A stretch of DNA of 64,000 bases. Source: Octopus vulgaris. Its lineage: Eukaryota. The DNA lies in NCBI GenBank assembly GCA_951406725.2, contig OX597829.1, forward strand, positions 24,738,001 to 24,802,000. Reading direction: 5' to 3'. The position numbers were made by a program, and so were the translations under genes. The notes beneath the pieces are model-generated. The model was not told the DNA's origin. It saw only the letters and a program-made list of their open reading frames with translations, and did no database searches. Positions 56,762-64,000 of the stretch are shown here, one piece after another (the first letter of the stretch is position 1; each line of letters starts with the position of its first letter).

Positions 56762-57315
56762 AAGGGTGTCTTCGTTATATGAAGTTTACTTTGTTGTTAG
56801 GTGGCCCATATTAACACAGGGAGGATTCAATCAGAGTGTCTAGAAAGCAGTTTGAGTGGAGAATATAATTGTGAAGAAAAGCAAAGCAATAAATAAGTAC
56901 ATGCAAAATCATGGTTTCAATTCTTGGATAGGATAATGCATTGTGTTCTTGAGCAAAACACTTCATCTCACATTTGCTTTATGATCACTTTGACACCTGA
57001 TGTGCTACACTGTGCTACATCGATCTGATGGAGAGAATTAGCTAATGTATTTTGATCACTGTAAACAAATCATTTGTGCAGGTTGTTCATCACGGAATTG
57101 CAAAACTGTCTTTCTCAGACTATGAGAGACTACCATTATCATTCATTGACAGTAAGTTACAACATAGATTAAAATCGGGCTTCTAATGAGCTGTCCAGCT
57201 TGTCCATGTCTTAAGCTGGCACCAGTGACTATACTGCTATAAACATAGGTAGGTTATCATTCTGGTTAAAAGAAGCATGTGTACTGTTGAATGTAGAGAA
57301 TGTGTAGGTGAGAGG

Positions 57316-57537
<222 letters not shown>

Positions 57538-57539
57538 CT

Positions 57540-57983
57540 CTATCAGATCTGACAATAGTTCATTGTCTTCTTGATCCTTACTATTGTTATTGTCATTGAT
57601 AAGCACTTCACTTGCCATTTCTTCTTCTGTTAATACTTGATATCTAAGGTCACCTTTTGTCTTTCTAACCAGAGTTCTGATGTTCTCTTCAGTGATATTT
57701 GTTTTGCCAACCCTCTAAAATCCCTTGCCTCAAATCCTTCAAAATCATTTTCTATTTCAATCATACATAGAAGTTGTCATCATCGCCTCCCCCCACACAA
57801 GCATTGACTAGAGTGGTTGTCTTTAGTGCCTTCCATGAAGCTGCTAAATTGAATATTGTTGAGATTGTAGTTCTCAATGTTACTGAGAGTTCTTTATCCT
57901 CATGCATCTTTCCTTATATTGTCTTCTTTTAACACCATGAGAACTTCTTCCAAATGTCTTTGTTAATGTAACCTCTTGTAAAT

Positions 57984-58018
<35 letters not shown>

Positions 58019-61000
58019 GTTTTCTATGCTGGCATGGTTCAGACAGTTTGACAGGGAATCTGTAAGCTGCTAGGTTGTGTTGAACTTCAGTGTCATCTTT
58101 GACATCGTTTCCACAGTTTGATGCCCTTCCTAATGCTAACACTTTTTGCAGAGTGTAGTGGATGCTCCCTTCATGCCAGTGGCACTTGTGAGGTCGCCGT
58201 GTAACTTCCATGACTGAAAAGAACAAAGAAAAGGGAAAATAAAAAATTCCCCATTACTAAGAGGAAGTATTTGGGGGAGGAAGGTGGAGTTGTTTGGCTT
58301 TAGGCCAGGTGTTGAAAGACTAAAATATGGTAGTGGGACAAGCACAGGTGCTTTGCTATAGAGAAGCTACAAGGTTGAAAGAGATAAAGAGACGGTAGTG
58401 ATGGGTGCTAGAACAAACTCTCAAGGAACAAGAAGGTGAGCATAACAGAGGTTATGCTCAATAGGTTGTATGATAAGCACATACAGACAATAGGTTATGA
58501 GAGGAGATAAGAGTTGATGCTTTCATAAGAGTGAGAGGGTGGAGTAAACAGGTTGAGACAGAGGTTAATGTAGTGATGAACTAAGATGGGGATGTAGATA
58601 ATGGGAGATATCAGTATGTAAAGGGTATAGTGGGAGAAGAGTGGCTTAGGAAGGAGAATAGAAAAGAATGTAGTGATGATGTGCAAGTGTATGAGTAGTG
58701 GAGAGGGAGATACAGGGATACATAAGGGGCTGTAGTAGGTGAATCATGATGGTAGGTATGGGAGGGCAGATAAAAGAGGGTGTTAGATGGGGTATAGCAG
58801 AGAAGACAGAGACAGAGCAGTGGCTGAAGTTACAAAAAGAAGATGAAAGAGTGAAATAATGTAGGCAGGGATGATGTTGAATGGAAATAGCTCCAAGGGG
58901 AGGTGAGATCATTTTGGAGGAGATGGGATGTAGTAAGAGCCAATTCTACTCTCATGTGATTACAGTAGCTGAGTGGCACCATAGATGAGGGAAGAATGCT
59001 GATGTGTCAGAGAAAGAAGGGGTAAACAGGATTTTGCACATACAAGCATAACAGTAATTTTAGGATATCATTTTAGTTGTAATGGACGGGTCTTCTCAAG
59101 CACAGCAAAATGCCAATCATCTTGGTCCTTCGTCATCTCTGTAAGGCTCAATTTCTTGAGATCAGCCATTGTCCCATGTCTTTCTGGGTCTCTCTCTTCT
59201 ACAAATTCCATCCACTTCAATTGGCACTTATTTATGCAACTGTTCTCATCCAAATGCATCAAATGACCAAACCAGTGCAGTCTTCTCTTTTGCACGCTGC
59301 ATGTTTTTATTCTTATGCCTAACTTTTCTCTCAGTATATTTGCACTTTGCCATACATGCAGACTAACATTGCATATCCAGCAGAGCATACTAGCTTCATT
59401 CCTCTCTAGTTTATGCATATTCAGGACCCGCATCTCATTACCATGTAACATTGCTGTATGTACACAAGCTGCTTTTATTTGGAGCGAAAGATCTTTTGTT
59501 ACCAACAGAGATAGTAGCTCTCTGAACTTTTTCCATCCTATTCTTATTCTAATGACTACACTTTCAGAACATCTACCTCTACTGCTAATTAGGTCACCTA
59601 GATAGCCAAATTATCTACTACCTCTAGGGACCCCATGGGGCATTTGAGAACATCAATTTCCCACTTGATATCGGACTCTGTGGCACCTGTGCATCTTTCA
59701 CAAAGAAAGGCTAATTTCTCCATTAACCTTTCTACAATTCTACTGTACTTTTTGTGTGTCCATTGTTTGCACTAGGTACACCATATGGAATTTCTGTCTT
59801 CACCTTTACTACATATTGAATTGGGCCATCTACCTGAAGACTGTAGGGTCCTGCCTGTTTTCCTGCTTACTAAAACCTTGATTATTGCTAAGTTAACTTT
59901 CATTTTAGGTTTTACTTCCACACCTGAAATTTATTTTCTAATTTTGTTACATATTCTGCTATGAGAGTGAGATCATCAGCATTTTGTATTTCCTTGGAGC
60001 AGCTAGTCTTAAATTCTTCTGTTATGACCTGGAAGACAATGATGAATGGGTAGGGATGAGAACTGTAAATGCTCACCTGCACACTAAATTCGTCACTGTA
60101 CTCATGTCTAATTTTCACCTTACTAGCAGGACTCCTGTACATGGCTTGTACATCTTCCACAACCTGGCTTACCCAGAGACCATCATATCACAAAGTAAGG
60201 GACACTGTCAAAGGCTTTCTCCAGGTCAACAAATGCCAAGAATAATGGTTTACTCTTAACTAAATATTTCTGCTGTTGTCTAAGAAGATAGCTTAAGTAG
60301 TAGTTCTACGTAGCATAAAACCAAACTGCATCTCATCTATTCTAATTCTTTTTCTAAATTAATTGGGCTATAACTCTTGTCATAGCTTTCATGACCTGGT
60401 CCAGCAACCTGATACTTCTAAGTATCTTCTTTATCCTTGTTAACAGCTGACTATAATGCTACTACATCAGTCATTAGAGATGACATCTTCCTGAACAACC
60501 TGATTAACTATATTGGTGACTAGTCGTTATACTACTCTACCAGATATTTTGAGCATCTTAGCTTTAATTCTGAATGGACCAGGGGTTTTCCTTGTCTTCA
60601 CATCCTTAATTGCCTCATCTATCACACTACTGACAACTAGAATAGCTGGTCTCCTTGTTGGGTTCACATTGATAAGACTCCCTTTCTTCTGCATATTCTT
60701 CGTATGTAATAATCTTTCATAGTAGCACTTCCATTCATCTAGTTTTTGGAATTACTAAGTACAAGCATACCATTACTATCCATACACACTTCTCACCCAC
60801 AATGTCTAGATTCTGTCTGATACACTGTCTAGCAATTCAGAACACTTCCTATCTCTGATGCTCATGCTGTAAGACATTGGCAAACTTCTTCCTTCCTATC
60901 CCTGCTCTTGCTAGATAAACCTGTCACTCAGTTTCCTTTTAGCTACCTGATATGGTTGTTTGCTACCTCTATTTTTCCATTCATTCCAAGCATATCTCTT

Positions 61001-62560
61001 CTCTTTTACGGCCCTGTCAACCTCCCTGTTTCACCACCCTTGGCCTGGCAGAAACTTTTCTTCAACTACAGATACAGTCTATTATCCTCAGTAGTTACCC
61101 TGTAAAAACAGTTGTCCTCTATGTTATACATTTTTATCTCATCCTTCTTCTCATCAAATGTTTCAGTTAGAACATCTCTAACTCTCTAGCTATTTAAGGA
61201 TTCTTAAGCTTCCACAACCTCCTTTTCCATATCACTTTGTGTTCCTAGGTCTTCCAGACCTACATCTGAAGTTGCTAACCACTAAGCTATGTTGTGTTGT
61301 ACATTCTCCACCCTGAAAGAATTTTTTATTCACAAGCATCTGCCTATCCCTGTTACTGGTGAAAGTGTATTCAATTTGGCCCACCAAATTGATAGGCGAT
61401 GCAATACTAAAGAAACTTCAAGAAACCTGCCAACCATCTGGCAAGTTTTCTGAATTTAGTATTGCTGACCAGTAAGCCCAGGAGCTTTGTTTCATCCTCA
61501 TTTCTAGTGCCTAAGCCAAAACCTCCATATACACCTTAGATTCATTGGCATCTTGCCCAACATGACCATTGAACTCACCAGCTATGATAATAAGGTCATT
61601 TTCCTTTGTTGTTGTGGTAGTCTGCAGAAGGGACTCATAGTAACAGTCCTTCTGTTCATCTGCTGGTCTAGCATGTAAAGTATATGCAGATATACATGTT
61701 ACTGTTCACAATTATACTTTAATCCATTGGTTAAACTGTGGCAGTAACATTTGGTAGCAAGAACATGCACCCTGTTTTTCCATCATTACTGACAAGTTGG
61801 TGACTATCTGGTTGAGCATTGTCCAAAATAATCAGCACTTTGACCTTATTGGCAAAAACTTGAATGGCCCCCTTCTTGATAGTTATACATACACTTTAGG
61901 TATGAAATGTGAGAAAAATCAGTTTATTAAAAATGTTTATGGTGAATCATTGATTTCTTAGAATGGTAATCATGCATTGGTAGCTAGCGTAGTGTCATGT
62001 CTTGCAAACCCTGTTGATATGTTGACCTCCTCACTTCCAGTAACTTCAAAAGCTGCATGCCAACAGCATTCATGTAACACAAGTATTTTTTATTTAATTT
62101 CCTGACAAGTGCTCTATTGTTAATTTACAACCAGCTATGAACACTTTGTTCTTAAAAGTTTGGGTATTCTGATACGGTGACCACTTAGCCACCAATCCAG
62201 TTCCATCCCCTTTTTGACACTTTGGAAATCAGTAATCCTTCACACTTGTTGAAGCCATTTGACCACTCCCTGAATGGTTCAATTTCTGGGCTTAGGTAGC
62301 TTGACGGCAGCAATTTGATTTACTACATCATAGACATTATCACAAGATCATTGATGGATAAAACTCTTCATCACTGCCTTCACAAGTTTCGTAACTTTTG
62401 CAACTCTCATACACATCCTTGCACCAACAAATAATGATTAGAATTTGTATCAACATCATATTTCAATGAAAATGTGTGTTTGTCCTTGACCTTGCGTATG
62501 TTTGAAACTGTTTGTTTTTTAACCTCTTAGTTTTTACAAACATTCACCACCAAAGTACCC
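57540..62560 (-). mobile_element. pogo/Tigger transposase remnants (61707-62560 and 57540-57984) split by an RTE insertion
   Basis: KVLIILDNA and FLLPNVTA...PMD..II on one side, continuing on the other side of the LINE. Confidence 0.65.
57985..61706 (-). mobile_element. Degenerate RTE LINE inserted in a pogo element
   Basis: APE and RT remnants, (CAT)n tail. Confidence 0.85.
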
Positions 62561-62589
62561 GCCTCTAACTTTCTTCTAACTTCTAGATT

Positions 62590-63430
62590 TTTGGTTCACA
62601 GACAGGGTTACATACTTCTTCAGATTATTACTCTCTATTGAAGATATATAAAATACAAGCCTGAAAAAATACTTCTTACATATTGAGCAGGGTCATCTCC
62701 CTGAAGGGACTTGTGATTTGTCCATTTTCCTACTTACTAGGACTTTGTTTTTTTTGCAAAATTAACTCTAAGACCCTTAGATTCCAGGCCTTGCTTCCAC
62801 ACCTGAAATTTCTTCTCAAGGTTAGGTAGTGATTCAGTTATAAGAACGAAGTCATCAGCATAGAGGAGCTCCCAGTCTTGAACTCCTCTGTTAAGGCCTG
62901 GAGGACTAAGATAAAAAAGAAGGGGCTGAGAAATGATCTTTGGTGAACTCCTACCAGTACACTGAATTCATTGCTATATTCATTGCCAACCTTCACCATA
63001 GCGGCAGCATCCCTGTACATGGCTTGTGCAGTTTTCAATAACCACTCATCTATACCTACCTTCCACATTGACCACCAAATAAGGGAGCAGGGGACCCTGT
63101 CAAAGGCTTTCTCCATGTCAATAAAAGCCAAGTACAGAGGTTTATTTTTGGCTACATTCTCCTGCAGTTGCCTTACTGGGAACATAGCACCAGTCGTGCT
63201 TGTACCTGGCACAAATCCAAACTGCTTCTCATCTATGCTAACTCTCTTCCTAATTAATTGCGCTATGGCCCTTTCTGTGGCTCTCATCACCTGGTCCAGC
63301 AATTTGATGCCTCTAATTATTTCTGTCTAATGCATCTCCTTTGCCTTTGTAGCAGTTGACTATAATGCTACTACATCAATCGTTGGGTATGTTCCCTTGT
63401 GGACAACCTGATTAACTATATGGGTGACAC
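62590..63430 (-). mobile_element. RTE LINE RT fragment
   Basis: QFGFVPGTSTT, AFIDMEKAFDRVP, LYADD remnant. Confidence 0.88.
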
Positions 63431-63550
63431 TTACCTACATACGGAAGAGCATGTGAAATTATTTTCTTTCTTTATTTCTTTACTGTTTTTCATATAATGC
63501 GTTGAGGTTTTTTTATCTCTTTATTTCTTTATCTCTTTCTTTTTCAACAG

Positions 63551-63697
63551 CTACAAGTGGGTTCTCAGCTTCCAGAAATTATGTTATTTGAACGTATAAA
63601 TAATTCTGTTGAATCTGTAAATATATCAGAACTATATCGCAGTAAAAAAGGGGTTTTATTTTCTGTTGTTGGAGCTTTCACACCCGGCTGTTCTAAC
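63551..63697 (+). CDS. PRDX5: Peroxiredoxin-5 (atypical 2-Cys Prx) internal coding exon with the peroxidatic Cys
   Basis: Polypyrimidine tract and caacAG acceptor, 147 nt open in phase 0, then GTAAGT donor. Translates LQVGSQLPEIMLFERINNSVESVNISELYRSKKGVLFSVVGAFTPGCSN, matching the Prx5 N-terminus (VGD.IP...KKGVLFGVPGAFTPGCSK). Not in the ORF track because it has no start codon. Confidence 0.92.
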
Positions 63698-64000
63698 GTA
63701 AGTAACTCTAAAAAATATATTGTTATTTAAACTTCACAGAAAGTTCTCTTCTAAGTCTTTCACTCTTTTGTTACCATATTTCTGTTAAGAATACAATTCT
63801 CATTTCAATTAATTTTGAAAATTATGAAGAATAAGTGTTTGGAACATAAATTAACATTGATTTTGATGGAAGGTTTTGATTTGAATCACTTTCAAACAAG
63901 GTGTTTGAATTATGGAACCAAAGGTGGTCTCAGGTGGATTGGCATCAGAAGAATTAAAACAAATCTAATGGAAAGATCTGGAAGCTAAGTCATATGACTA

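Overview
AT-rich, repeat-dominated eukaryotic DNA. The SINE families, RTE LINEs with (CAT)n tails and very long (TA)/(CA)/(GA) microsatellites point to an octopus (coleoid cephalopod) genome; this is inference from repeat content. Most of the window is nested transposon debris: RTE, CR1-group and RLE-type LINEs, Penelope-like elements (PLEs), Gypsy pol with two nested solo LTRs, mariner/Tc1, pogo, hAT, piggyBac-like MITEs, Helitron-like elements and tRNA-derived SINEs. The only clear host coding sequence is a peroxiredoxin-5 (PRDX5) exon at 63551-63697 (+), with a candidate first exon near 46.65-46.73 kb. The most notable non-coding signal lies between 36.4 and 56.8 kb: at least 8 type-I hammerhead ribozyme motifs with palindromic stem III and mostly unrelated flanks. 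They sit in short units bounded by (TA)n or other microsatellites, and several are built into long fold-back palindromes. Nearly all ORFs in the supplied track are microsatellite or antisense-TE artefacts. All structures were read by eye and boundaries of old repeats are approximate.
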